DNA from: Octopus bimaculoides
Lineage: Eukaryota
DNA length: 64,000 nt
Assembly: GCF_001194135.2 (NCBI RefSeq)
Contig: NC_068983.1
Span: 8,832,259-8,896,258, forward strand
Reading direction: 5' to 3'
Shown: positions 39,880 to 52,399 of the stretch, in pieces
Position numbering within the stretch: the stretch's first letter is position 1
Layout of the letters: each line of letters starts with the position of its first letter
Made by a program: the position numbers and the translations under genes
Notes under the pieces: generated by a model
Databases searched by the model: none
What the model saw: only the letters and a program-made list of their open reading frames with translations
Told to the model about the DNA's origin: nothing

Positions 39880-40609
39880 ATATATATGCGTGTGTGTATA
39901 TAGGTACACACGAATGTATATTTATGCGTGTGTGTATGTGCATGCGCGTGCGTGCGTTTGAGTGTGCATCTGTGTGTGCATGCATATTTGTGTAGGTGGA
40001 GTTGAGTTTACGTCATCATTCATCGATGAAGAACAATCGAGCAGAATAGCATATGAAAATACAGGTTATACAAGATTTTAATGTCATGCTGTCACGTCGC
40101 TGGAAGCCGTTTAAATGTGCCAAGACATGCAGGCTTCTATATTATCAATTTGGATGACAGCTTTATGGTATGTGTCTTGTTTCTAATTATGGTTTATTAA
40201 TGTTTTCATATAGCACCAACGCATAGAAAGTTGACTGAGATCTACAGATTCAGAACCATGCAATGCCCCACCCACAACTACGTATATGCAGAAAGACGCA
40301 GCCGCACACTCCCACAGACATATATAACTGTCATCTTTTATATGTTTTAGTAATTAGACTGCGGTCATGCAAATGTACCGCCTTCAAGATTTCAGTGGAA
40401 TATATCGACACCAACGCATATTTTTAAAGCCTGGTACTTATTTTATTGGTCCTTTCAGCCGAATCGCTAGATTACGGAGACGTAGAGAAACCAAAACCGT
40501 CGTGAATTTTAGGTAGGAGACAAAAAAAACAAAGACAAAACAAAGGCACATATAGATAGACACCCATAGACAAATATATATAAATTTTCATATGTATATT
40601 TATGATTTA

Positions 40610-40951
40610 GTGAAGTCACACGGCTCAGTGGGTAGAGCATCGAGCTTACGATCGTGAGGCTGTGAGTTCGAATCCCGGACCGGGCTGCGTGTTGTGTTCC
40701 TGAGCAAGACACTTTATTTCACGTTGATCTAGTTCACTAAGCTGTAGGAATGAGCTGCGACGTCACAGGTGCCAAGCTGTATCGGCTCCTTTGCCTTTCC
40801 TTTGGATAACACTGGTGGCGTGGAGAGGGGAGGCCGGTGTGCATGGGCGACTGCTGGTCTTCCATAAACAACCTTTCCCGGACTTGTGCCTGGGAGGGTA
40901 ACCTTCCAGGTGCAATCCCATGGTCAGGTATGACCGAAGAGGGTCTCAGTC
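40610..40951 (+). mobile_element. Full-length tRNA-derived CORE-type SINE (family C) with 12-bp TSD
   Basis: A box ggctcagtgg, B box gttcgaatcc, CORE-like gttgtgttcctgagcaagacactt; TSD atttatgattta at 40598-40609 and 40952-40963. Confidence 0.85.
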
Positions 40952-41039
40952 ATTTATGATTTATATGAGGTGTAGAGAAAAAGTATCCGACCTTGATTTT
41001 CTTTTTTTTGTTGTACAAAATGACAATGCATGGACAGTG

Positions 41040-41225
41040 TCCGCATATTTATTAAGTGGCTGTGTCCTTCCTGATCATGAGCGAATGCTTGCGTGTAAGT
41101 AGGTTGCGCCATTCGCCCGCAGTAACGTCGCAACTCATTTCTACAGATGAATGAACCGGAGCAACGTGAAATGACGTGTCTTCTCAAAAACACAACTCGG
41201 TCTGGGATTAGAATTCACTACTCCT
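41040..41225 (-). mobile_element. SINE family C-like copy
   Basis: gcaacgtgaaatgacgtgtcttctcaaaaacacaac matches 45121-45155. Confidence 0.6.
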
Positions 41226-42494
41226 GTATCATGTGCCTTCACATCTCTCACAAAACAGCGTTAATACTTCAAATCTTCTGCCAATTCAGCGGCGAGCTGG
41301 CTGAATTATTAACATGTTGGTCAAAATGCTTAGCGGTGTTTCTTCAAGCTTCATGTTTATGTTCTGAGGTCGACTTTATGTCTCATCTGATGGAGCTCCA
41401 TAAATATAGTATCAGTAGAGTACTTGGGTCTCTCAAATGACCCTAGTCATGTACTGGGTTCGGTGAAACAAGTATCAGTCGTGCTCTAGGGTTTATGTAA
41501 CCAATTAAGCTACTTCTGTAAATTGTGGGATATTTTGCCTATGGTAGAAAGAGTATACAGACAGTCGGTAGCATAATCTGACTACCTTATCGCTATACGA
41601 TGGTGCGTGTCGTTGAGGTGATAGCAAACTCGCGGAATACATCATTTGCAGCGGTGACTATTCTTACTCTCATTTCTAGCGATTTATCTTTATTTTCATT
41701 TAGAGTCATCAAGCAAGTCATGAACTTCACAAACTCTCACGCCTCAAATTCGTTTAAAATTATAAGGTTTACGCCATCAAATGTAATCAATACTTGTGAC
41801 TTTTGACACAATTTCAAGAAAGATGCCAGTTTATTATGTTTTAAATATGTTTTATTAATTTTGCCCTGACGCTGTACACGCCCACTTGTAAAATGTAATT
41901 AAATTGTATTCAGGCAATTTTGTCTTTTCTCATATAACTGAAGTGTTAAAATAAAATCGAAAGAAAAAGAAAACTTGTCATACGTTCTTTATAATCTGTT
42001 GTTGAGAAGTAGTTCATTTTACTCTTCTGCTAATTGCATTACAAGGAGATTTCCTATGGCTTGTAGACCGCAATTGAAAACAAGTATACACGCATGCGTG
42101 TATTCAACCACACACGAATACACGCAAAGACACCTATACGCACTCACAAAGATACATGAGAACGCTCACTCAGAAACACACAAAATACATACATAGACAC
42201 ACGGTCATGTTCGTTTTATATTAATAGCACGAATAAACCACGTATTTTCTGTTAGAATTGAGGATATGGATTTCTGTCGGAAAATAAATAAATAAATAAA
42301 ATAGCCATAAAAAGCTTTTTATTACAGAAATATTTAATTTTCTAGATATCTCAACATTCTTCACGCGTTGTTATTTTGGTTTCCCATGAATATATTTTGA
42401 ACTAGACTTGGCACACAACCAGTTTTTCTCAAAGGGGAATTTTTTTTTCTTTATCCTATTATTAGTACTGTCATGGCTATGAAAACACGAGTGA

Positions 42495-42795
42495 CATTCA
42501 ATTTATTATAGTTGTTAATGTTATCATCATCATCACCATTACCGGTAGAACTACCACCACCACCAATATTATCCCCACCACCACAACCACCACCACAACC
42601 ATTGAAACCAACACTGCCACCACCGCCATAATCATCATCATTATCATGACCACCACCACAACTACCACCACTACTACTACCACCAACAACACAACCACCA
42701 CTACCATCACCACCTCTACCATAATCATCAACTTCACCACCACCACCACCACCACTGCCACCATTACTACTTCTGATACTACTACTACTTCTAAG
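42495..42795. repeat. Degenerate (CAC/ACT/CAT)n trinucleotide tract
   Basis: Direct observation. Confidence 0.9.
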
Positions 42796-43069
42796 GTAGT
42801 GATTCCTAATTGCATTAACCGTTTTTCTTAATCACAAGGTTTGGTGACAACAAGTCTCCTCAAATCTCAAAAATCTTTTTTAGGATTCTTGCAGAATATA
42901 AGATGGTATTTTTCTGCAAGTCTAGACGAGTTTCAATTTCTTTCAGTCATTTTGGTAGCATTTTGGGTGCTTTCCTAAGGCTGCCAAATACTGCAGATAG
43001 ATTGCTGTTTTTTTTCCTTCCACAGTCCCCTCGGATCATCATCATCATTATTATTATTATTATCATCAT

Positions 43070-43225
43070 CATTCAAATTTCACGACGTCGACTTTGTCTT
43101 TTATCCATTCGGGGTCGAAAAAATAAGTACGATTCGAGCACTTGGGTCGAGGTAGTAGACTACCCGCCTTCTCCCAAATTTCAGCCCTTGTGCCTATAGT
43201 AGAAAGGATTATTATTATTATTATT
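43070..43225 (+). mobile_element. SINE family A 3' part with (ATT)n tail
   Basis: gtcgactttgtcttttatccattcggggtcga...cccaaatttcagcccttgtgcctatagtagaaaggattattatt. Confidence 0.75.
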
Positions 43226-43344
43226 CAGTAGTTTTATAACGTGCCTTAACTGCACTACCGAGCGCAGCTCTGTGTGCCTTGCGTATGTGCTGGATGGTTT
43301 TCCTGTATCCTACTGATTTTAGGCGCTTTTAATAAATGTTCTTC

Positions 43345-44035
43345 ACTATTATTATTGTTATTATTATTACTATTATCATTATCTTTATTATTGCTGTTAT
43401 CACAATCATTATTATTATTTTTTAAAATTATTTTACTTTTCAGAGCTGTCGGTTTTGCTTGCACTTATTGATCCTGTGTGAGATGGCGGCAACCTGTTGT
43501 TTGAGGTCTCACAGGTTTTCTTTCCGCAAGTTACAAGCTTTGGTACCTGGATGCTAATGAACGTGGAAGACAGTCAACACTCAGACACCAGTCTCGAAAT
43601 CCTACCTGTCCCAAATCGCGCTGTTTTGGGGAGACTGCTGTGCCCTCAATTCAATTCCAGTTTCTCCGATATATTTCTCGAACCTGGTTGTCAGTGCTCT
43701 GGGTGCCCCTACATTTACCAAGATAACAGTTACTCTCCTCATTGCCCACATTCTTGAAATTTCCTCTTTTACTAATCTGTATTATTCCATTTTCTCCAAC
43801 TCTTTATCATCTCCCCGTATATTTCCAAGTACAGTAATATCTTTGATATTAGTTTCCTTTCTCCTTTAACCTACCAGAATAAAGTCTGGTCTCCGAATAT
43901 CGATTAGGGGGTTACATTGGATTGTAAAATCACACAGGATATTGTATTCAGTGTTCTGAGTGACACCCTTTCGTTCGTGTTTGTGCCATTTCTGTGTTCT
44001 GTCCAGGATCGGGATGTGTCCATGTGCCTTGCAGG
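43345..44035 (-). mobile_element. 3' end of an RLE-type (R4/Dong or NeSL-like) non-LTR retrotransposon with (AAT)n tail
   Basis: ENT.YNILCDFTIQCNPLIDIRRPDFILV...KDITVLGNIR..KE.EK...VTVILVNVGA..ALTTRFEKY resembles the RLE pattern ILWDF.IQTD..I.ARRPD...IDVA.P.D....KE.EK. Confidence 0.8.
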
Positions 44036-45009
44036 CTAAGTCAGGAGAGGTCGATGCAGTTGATGACTAATTAATACTTCCATAAGTTAATGAGTATATG
44101 AAATGCATGAAAGGGGTAGAATAATGAAACCTATATATGGTACTCTCTGCTCCAGTGTTTAAACGTGCTTGAAATATTAACAGGAGGAAAGGCAAGGGAT
44201 TTGTGTAATGTTGGGAAGAGTTGATACGCTACTTGTTAGATAAATGAATAATAAGGAATTAAATCATATGAGGAGCAAAGAAAACTGACATATTCCCTCA
44301 TGCGGTTTGCGCAGCCTATGAACAATACAGGATGCATATGCTTTATAACTAGGTAACTTCTGTTACTTTAAGTATCTTTTTATTTTTATTTATTGCTACA
44401 TAAAACATTGCATGCAAGTGATATATGGCAATAAATAGATGATCTGATGCACCGAGGTGCAGACATTTCATTAGCATGTTAAATAACATTGGAAAATTAT
44501 GCAAAGATGAAAGAAGCAGTCAAACCATAGCGATGTGTGAACTAACAATAAAACTGATTTTCGTAATCACATAGTGCAGCTCTTTACCTGTTCTACAGAT
44601 TTTCTGCTTGTCTGCATCATGTATAAGACTGAAATTTTCATACTATGAATTAGTGACGCAATTGATTAGCAAAGAAAGTCATTTGTATTTCATATTGCGT
44701 CAAACTTGTAGATCAAATATGATAATAGCTGATACACAAAACATGCTAAATAACGTTGCTGTCTACTCCTGATGTAAGCACTAGGATGGTAATTGGAAGA
44801 GAAACGTCATTCGAAAAGATCGATCCAAACACAGAGCTGATACTGTTACTATCACCACGTGAGATTTGAAAACGGAGTATAAAGAAGAGGGAAAAAATAC
44901 TGCTCAACCAATTTGCCACCTGCACTTCATTATGTATTACGGGGCAATTTAGAGACTCGTTGTTACTTCCTTTATCAGTAATTCTGGGTAGTAAAAGTAA
45001 AGTACCTCT

Positions 45010-45240
45010 CCGACTCATAGGTCCTGTTTCCCGGTTTCCATGACATATATATACGTCCCACCTAAACGGGAAGCCGGTCCATCACAGGATTACTCATTTT
45101 TACCAACCGATTGGACTGGAGCAACGTAACATGAAGTGTCTTGCTCAAAAACAAATCGCGTCACCCGGTCCAGGAATCGAAACCACAACCTTACGATCAG
45201 GAGTCCAACACCCTAACCACTATTCCACGCGTCTCTACAA
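45010..45240 (-). mobile_element. SINE family C, full length
   Basis: Minus: gcgtggaatagtggttagggtgttggactcctgatcgtaaggttgtggtttcgattcctggaccggg...ttgagcaagacacttcatg. Confidence 0.8.
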
Positions 45241-46130
45241 GTGTAGACAGTGATATTTAACACAATATTTCTTTCAGTTGAGAACTATACTGAACCTCAG
45301 GAAGGGTCAATCGAAAGCACGTCATCTATCAACCTTGAAAATTTGAAATCTAAACGTAAGGTAGCGGAAAATCTGCATGACCATCTCGCAGGCTTAATTA
45401 TGTATTACGAGGCAATTTACAGACCTCTATTACTCTACACCTCTTCTTTACAGCACTAATAGTACAAAGGTATATACCATACAACATGGTCAGTCTTTTA
45501 CTTAGGAACTGTATTGAATAAATTCTAATTTGTGGATGCAATGTCGTAATGTATTCCCAATCGGACGAAATTTACTTTACTTCTTTTTATGGGCTTGCCA
45601 AACGCAAGATGATCACGAATTTATTTTGCATTTCCCTTGAAACATTGAACCACATATAATTTCTTCCCACTCAGAAAAGGAAAGAAAAAAATATAACGAC
45701 TTAGCAATCAATAATTCTACAGACTTTGACAATAATGATGACTAATCATTTAAAAGTATTCCTTCTACAATAACGAAAGTGATTTACAACTAACTGAACC
45801 ATCAATACAACTATTTTTCTCACAAAAATTGACCTCATGCTGGTCCCACCAGCGGTCGTTTCATTTTTAAGAGCACCTCCATTCTATAGGTTGTTTCATC
45901 TTGCAGCTATAATTATGTTGTGCAGAATACGAATAATTTTGGCAATACTGCTGGTTTTGCATTATCTTCGATAGTCTTTCGGTCTTTTCAATGACAGTTT
46001 GTTGATGTTTATTTGTACACACAGGCACACATACACGAACACACATATGTATAAAAAACGGATATATATATGTGTGCATGTTTGTGTGTGTGTGTGTGTG
46101 TATGTATATATGATTTATATGTATTATATA

Positions 46131-47407
46131 TTGAGTTGGCGCATAATTTTTGCTGCTTTTGTTCAACAAATTTTATTCAACAAAAACATTAATAATACTT
46201 AACGAAAACGGTCGGGTTTTTTCATAAAAATGCGTATCGAAAATCATATCCACATTCGTCATATTATGCTCTACCAATTCGAGAAAGGTTTGAATGCAGT
46301 ACAGTCATTTCGTGGTCTCAAAGAACTTTTTGGTGAAGGAACAGTCAGCAAAAGCCAAGTTGAAAGCTGGTTCAGGAAGTTCAAATCGGGCGATACAAAC
46401 CTAGCAGACGAAAAAGCAAGCGGTCAACCATACAATTTCAACGACCCGGCACTTTTTGCAGCCGTGGAAGAGGACGAAGCTTGAAAATGAGAATGTTGGT
46501 CGAAGACTTCAATGTGGACCATTCGACCATCTTTCGTTGTCTAAGGAAGCTCGAGAAAGTACAGAAATAGGCTGAGTGGGGCCCCCACGAACTCTCCAAT
46601 AACAACAAAGCCGAACGTGTCCGAATTTTTACCGATTTGCTGCAATGAAATGAGGAAACTCCGTTCCTGAAGAATCTCGTCACTGGGGATGAATCTTAGC
46701 TTCTCTTCGAAAACGTCAAAAGAAAAGTTTGCGTTTCGCCAGGTGTTACACCCAAAGGAATACCGAAGGGCGTCCACTGTAAGAACGCAACGTGGTGTAT
46801 TTGGTGGGAGAGAAGCGGTATCATTCAATGGTAATTCATCTCAGACGGGATATGTTATTAGTGGAATGACGACGATGAGCGTCAACAGTGGCGGGATTCC
46901 GGACAAAAAAGGCAAGTGGCAATTAAATATCAACAGCGACGTTTATCTAATTCAACTTGAACGCATTCACGTTGCAATCGAGAGAAAAAGACCGCGCAAA
47001 AAGAACTAAATCGTATTCCACCACGATAATGCGCGTCCACATGTTGAGCGGCATGTCGTCGAATCTATCGCCAATAAGGGCTGGGAACTGCTTCGTCATC
47101 CGCCATATTCTCCCACAGAAGCGCGTACAGACTATAACGTCAATTAATCACTGAAGCATTTGCTCGTGAACAAACTTTCCGACGACTTGGATGACTTGGT
47201 AGCCGCCGTCAAAGAGTGGATTGCTTCTCAGAACAGTAACTTCTTCGCCCGTGGAATCGACCGTCTGGCAAGCAAATGGGAAGCAGTAATTGAAGTAGAT
47301 GGTGAATATGCTCCGGAATAAAGATGTTTTTGTTACATGTTGTTATTGTTTTTGTTGAATAAATTCGTCGAAAGCAAAAAAGGCTCAGTAATTATGCACC
47401 AACCCAA
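46131..47407 (+). mobile_element. Full-length mariner element (DD34D) with TIRs and TA TSD
   Basis: TA|ttgagttggcgcataatt ... aattatgcaccaacccaa|TA; length 1277 bp. Confidence 0.95.
46230..47321 (+). pseudogene. Mariner transposase pseudogene (stops, frameshift, insertion of about 73 bp)
   Basis: HIRHIMLYQFEKG..A; WFRKFKSGD; W.PHELS; VTGDES; HHDNARPH...HPPYSP...D (34 residues between the Asps); GIDRLASKWEAVIEVDGEY. Confidence 0.92.
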
Positions 47408-48253
47408 TATACAAGGTATATATAAATATATATATATATATCTATATATAATGTATACATATACCTATATGTGTGCGTGTATATATGTATGTGCATATAT
47501 ANNNNNNNNNNNNNNNNNNNNNNNNNNNNNNNNNNNNNNNNNNNNNNNNNNNNNNNNNNNNNNNNNNNNNNNNNNNNNNNNNNNNNNNNNNNNNNNNNNN
47601 NNNNNNNNNNNNNNNNNNNNNNNNNNNNNNNNNNNNNNNNNNNNNNNNNNNNNNNNNNNNNNNNNNNNNNNNNNNNNNNNNNNNNNNNNNNNNNNNNNNN
47701 NNNNNNNNNNNNNNNNNNNNNNNNNNNNNNNNNNNNNNNNNNNNNNNNNNNNNNNNNNNNNNNNNNNNNNNNNNNNNNNNNNNNNNNNNNNNNNNNNNNN
47801 NNNNNNNNNNNNNNNNNNNNNNNNNNNNNNNNNNNNNNNNNNNNNNNNNNNNNNNNNNNNNNNNNNNNNNNNNNNNNNNNNNNNNNNNNNNNNNNNNNNN
47901 NNNNNNNNNNNNNNNNNNNNNNNNNNNNNNNNNNNNNNNNNNNNNNNNNNNNNNNNNNNNNNNNNNNNNNNNNNNNNNNNNNNNNNNNNNNNNNNNNNNN
48001 NNNNNNNNNNNNNNNNNNNNNNNNNNNNNNNNNNNNNNNNNNNNNNNNNNNNNNNNNNNNNNNNNNNNNNNNNNNNNNNNNNNNNNNNNNNNNNNNNNNN
48101 NNNNNNNNNNNNNNNNNNNNNNNNNNNNNNNNNNNNNNNNNNNNNNNNNNNNNNNNNNNNNNNNNNNNNNNNNNNNNNNNNNNNNNNNNNNNNNNNNNNN
48201 NNNNNNNNNNNNNNNNNNNNNNNNNNNNNNNNNNNNNNNNNNNNNNNNNNNNN

Positions 48254-50483
48254 GAAGAGGAGTATGGGAGGGGAGAGAAAGAGAGGAGAGAGGGTGGGTA
48301 TAAGAGAGGGAAGGTGGATTGAGAGAGGGGGAAGGTGGGTATAGGGGGGAAGAGAGAGGGGGAAGGTGAGTATGGTGGGAGAAAGAGTGAGAGAGAAAAG
48401 ATTGGGAGAGAGGGAAGAGGGATATGGGGGAGAGAAAGAGAGAAAGAGAAAGAGAGTGAGCGAGAGAAGAGAGTGAGAGAGTAAGGGTAAGAGTAAGGGT
48501 GAGAGAGTAAGAGAGTAAGAATGTAGAGAGTAAGAGTGAGAGAGAGTGAGAGAGAGGGAGAGAGAGGGAAAGAGAGAAGAGAGTGAGAGAGTAAGAGTGT
48601 AGAGAAGAGAGTGAGTAAGAGAGAGGAGAGAATAAGAGAGAGGAGAGAATAAGAGAGAGCAGAGAAAGAGTAGGGGTGAAGAGAAGTAGGAGTGGAGAGA
48701 AGTAGGAAGAGAAGTGGGAAGAGAAGTAGGAGTGGAGAGAAGTAGGAATGAAGAGAAGTAGGAAGAGAAGTAGGAGTGAAGAGACGTACAAAGAAGTAGG
48801 AGTGGGAGCATGAGGGGAGGTNNNNNNNNNNNNNNNNNNNNNNNNNNNNNNNNNNNNNNNNNNNNNNNNNNNNNNNNNNNNNNNNNNNNNNNNNNNNNNN
48901 NNNNNNNNNNNNNNNNNNNNNNNNNNNNNNNNNNNNNNNNNNNNNNNNNNNNNNNNNNNNNNNNNNNNNNNNNNNNNNNNNNNNNNNNNNNNNNNNNNNN
49001 NNNNNNNNNNNNNNNNNNNNNNNNNNNNNNNNNNNNNNNNNNNNNNNNNNNNNNNNNNNNNNNNNNNNNNNNNNNNNNNNNNNNNNNNNNNNNNNNNNNN
49101 NNNNNNNNNNNNNNNNNNNNNNNNNNNNNNNNNNNNNNNNNNNNNNNNNNNNNNNNNNNNNNNNNNNNNNNNNNNNNNNNNNNNNNNNNNNNNNNNNNNN
49201 NNNNNNNNNNNNNNNNNNNNNNNNNNNNNNNNNNNNNNNNNNNNNNNNNNNNNNNNNNNNNNNNNNNNNNNNNNNNNNNNNNNNNNNNNNNNNNNNNNNN
49301 NNNNNNNNNNNNNNNNNNNNNNNNNNNNNNNNNNNNNNNNNNNNNNNNNNNNNNNNNNNNNNNNNNNNNNNNNNNNNNNNNNNNNNNNNNNNNNNNNNNN
49401 NNNNNNNNNNNNNNNNNNGGGAAAAGGGAGGCGGGAAAAAGCAGGGCGAGTTCGGGGGGGAGAGGGCAGATGCACGGTCCACAGAACGTGCTCTGGTAAG
49501 GGCGGTGTGGATGGTGGTGGGTGGATATCCTCGCAGGCTAAAGTGGTGAGCCATGAGTTAAGACAGTCTCAAAGTCATGGCTGTCGCTACAAAGTCTGCG
49601 TAGACGGAGGAATTGGGAATAGGGGATGGAAGGTTTGGTGTGTCTAGGGTGGGAGGAGGAGAAGTTGAGATAGGAGTGTGAGTGTGTGTTTGTAGTGGAT
49701 GGAGGTGCTAAGGGCGGAGTGGAGGATGCTGACCGAAATGTCGAGAAAGGGGACAGAGGTGTCAGAGACNNNNNNNNNNNNNNNNNNNNNNNNNNNNNNN
49801 NNNNNNNNNNNNNNNNNNNNNNNNNNNNNNNNNNNNNNNNNNNNNNNNNNNNNNNNNNNNNNNNNNNNNNNNNNNNNNNNNNNNNNNNNNNNNNNNNNNN
49901 NNNNNNNNNNNNNNNNNNNNNNNNNNNNNNNNNNNNNNNNNNNNNNNNNNNNNNNNNNNNNNNNNNNNNNNNNNNNNNNNNNNNNNNNNNNNNNNNNNNN
50001 NNNNNNNNNNNNNNNNNNNNNNNNNNNNNNNNNNNNNNNNNNNNNNNNNNNNNNNNNNNNNNNNNNNNNNNNNNNNNNNNNNNNNNNNNNNNNNNNNNNN
50101 NNNNNNNNNNNNNNNNNNNNNNNNNNNNNNNNNNNNNNNNNNNNNNNNNNNNNNNNNNNNNNNNNNNNNNNNNNNNNNNNNNNNNNNNNNNNNNNNNNNN
50201 NNNNNNNNNNNNNNNNNNNNNNNNNNNNNNNNNNNNNNNNNNNNNNNNNNNNNNNNNNNNNNNNNNNNNNNNNNNNNNNNNNNNNNNNNNNNNNNNNNNN
50301 NNNNNNNNNNNNNNNNNNNNNNNNNNNNNNNNNNNNNNNNNNNNNNNNNNNNNNNNNNNNNNNNNNNNNNNNNNNNNNNNNNNNNNNNNNNNNNNNNNNN
50401 NNNNNNNNNNNNNNNNNNNNNNNNNNNNNNNNNNNNNNNNNNNNNNNNNNNNNNCGATGGGGAGGCCAGGGTTGTTCGGTTTG
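48254..50483 (-). mobile_element. 5'-truncated Penelope-like retroelement spanning two assembly gaps
   Basis: KPNNPGLPI (resembling PKIHKPNNPGRPI) at 50455-50483; SVPFLDISVSI..LSTSIHYK; HSYLNFSSSHPRHTKPSIPYSQFLRLRRLCS; F.LRGYP..I at 49420-49770; purine/pyrimidine-rich 3' region at 48254-48821. Confidence 0.85.
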
Positions 50484-50532
50484 TACTTACCTACAGACAT
50501 ACATACGATACGTTGTATATAGATATTTAGAA

Positions 50533-50569
<37 letters not shown>

Positions 50570-51970
50570 TTATATATGGGTGTGTGCGCGCGCGCGTGGT
50601 GTGCGTGTGCGTGAATCCGACTTTCTCTTCCACTTACCATAGATATTATTTCCATTGTTTGAAGCGCCTTTCAGCGGTTAGATGGATTCTGTGAAGAAAT
50701 AGAAATGATAATGCTCTTCTCATTTCTGTTTCTTGCTATAACATTCAGCTTGTCTCTGTTATCAAACAGCAGGTTATCAGACGATGATCTAAATACACAT
50801 TCATCTATTCCATGTTGTTAACTCAATATTTTCTGCAAAATATTGGACACCTACAGGTCCGTAAACCCTAATCCAATGCAATATCAACTGTAAATTCCAT
50901 ATGACAAATCTCGGCTGTGACACACTGTAAAACACACCACTTTGGACATTCTTATACATTTTTGTTCTGTGCAAGCCCTTCCTGGAGATTCTACACAAAT
51001 TCCCGCACGTACAAATTCATCTCCACGTTCTTATCGAAGGCTCGTCCTTCACTACATATAGTAGTAGTGTTGGTGGTGTTTTTCTGTTTTACATTCTGTA
51101 TTTCACTTATCACTTTATGGTCTGTAGTGAGCGAACTACTCATTTTTCTAAATAGTTTACTGAAGCTGATAGTTTTGCAAATTTCTCGATTCGATGGAGT
51201 CAGTTTGATTTTAATTTCCCTAAGTGGAATTTTTACGTGAGATTATCTTCTCTTATTAGGTTATTTATTTAAATTACAATCTTAAATATTTCAAGATATA
51301 CGGCTCATTATGTTGAATATCTGAGAATCTTGAACCTTTCTTTTCTTTCCCTTTATTTTATTGTTTTATTCATTTACTTTCCGCGGCTGCATTGTTTTTT
51401 ATACTTGTCCCACCACTTTAAGCCCTTTCGTGCATCAAATCTTGTACACAGGGTATTTTCCTGCCGTTCATGTAATATGTACGATACATATTCGAATTTA
51501 CTTTTCAACCACCAGGGCATATGAAACGAAAGCTTTATGTTACTCAGAAGTAAATGACTCGACGGCTAACTAAAAAGTATAAAACACTTTGGAGAAGCAA
51601 GGGTTAAGTTAATACTCTTCTCAGTATTCGTTTTCTAAAAATCTTATATATTTCACATTATTTACGTTGAAGTAGAGGTTATCTGTTAATTAAGGCCAGA
51701 GAGGTTTCATAAACATTAAACTCGGCATATGGTGACAAGTGAATAATGAAATATAGACCAGCGTTGGCAATATATTCAGTTAATAATTTGTTTTCATGAA
51801 CTGATTCTATCGGTCATCCGTATAATTTATATATTTTAACGTTGACCTAGTTTTTTTTTTCATTTTCAGTTATTTTAGTTGGTTGCGTTATATAGCATTT
51901 TATCTACTTCTTTCTTTGTAGCGGTACTAAAACCACTTATTCGAAGGGTTATTTGAAGCGTGGTTATATT

Positions 51971-52399
51971 TGTTTCTTTATTGCTCACAGGGGACTAAAC
52001 ATTGAGAGGACAAACAAACGGATTAAGTCGATTATATCGACCCCAATGCGTAACTGGTACTTAATCTATCGACCCCGGAAGAAGGAAAGGCAAAGTCGAC
52101 CTCGGCGGAATTTGAACTCAGACAGACGAAATACCGCTATGCATTTCGCCCGGCGTGCTAACGTTTCTTATTTCTTTATCACTCGCAAGGAGCTAAACAT
52201 AGAGGGGACAAACAATGACAGACAAAGGGATTAAGTCGATTACATCGACCCAGTGCGTAACTGGTACTTAATTTATGGGCCCGGAAAGGATGAAAAGCAA
52301 AGTCGACCTCGCTGAGACTTGACCTCAGAACGTAACGGCAGACGAAATACCGCTAAGTATCTCGCCCGCCGTGCTAAGGTTCCTGCCTAGCTCACCGCC
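51971..52399 (-). mobile_element. Head-to-tail dimer of SINE family A within one 14-bp TSD
   Basis: Two units joined at about 52171; TSD agcgtggttatatt at 51957-51970 and 52400-52413. Confidence 0.88.

Noticed and set aside
40617-40685. Possible tRNA genes (also 21475-21540, 45165-45235, 53770-53840)
   Set aside because: A and B boxes are present but acceptor and anticodon stems do not pair properly, and each continues into a SINE body.
44928-45426. About 29-bp direct repeat (attatgtattacg.ggcaattta.agac) on either side of the 45010-45240 SINE
   Set aside because: Not adjacent to the SINE ends, so not a TSD; too short to interpret further.
47337-50694. Very long ORFs (up to 720 aa) in the ORF track
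   Set aside because: They run through N gaps and GA/CT low-complexity DNA; only short Penelope RT pieces are real. The same applies to gap-spanning ORFs at 19587, 33995, 53400 and 57976.
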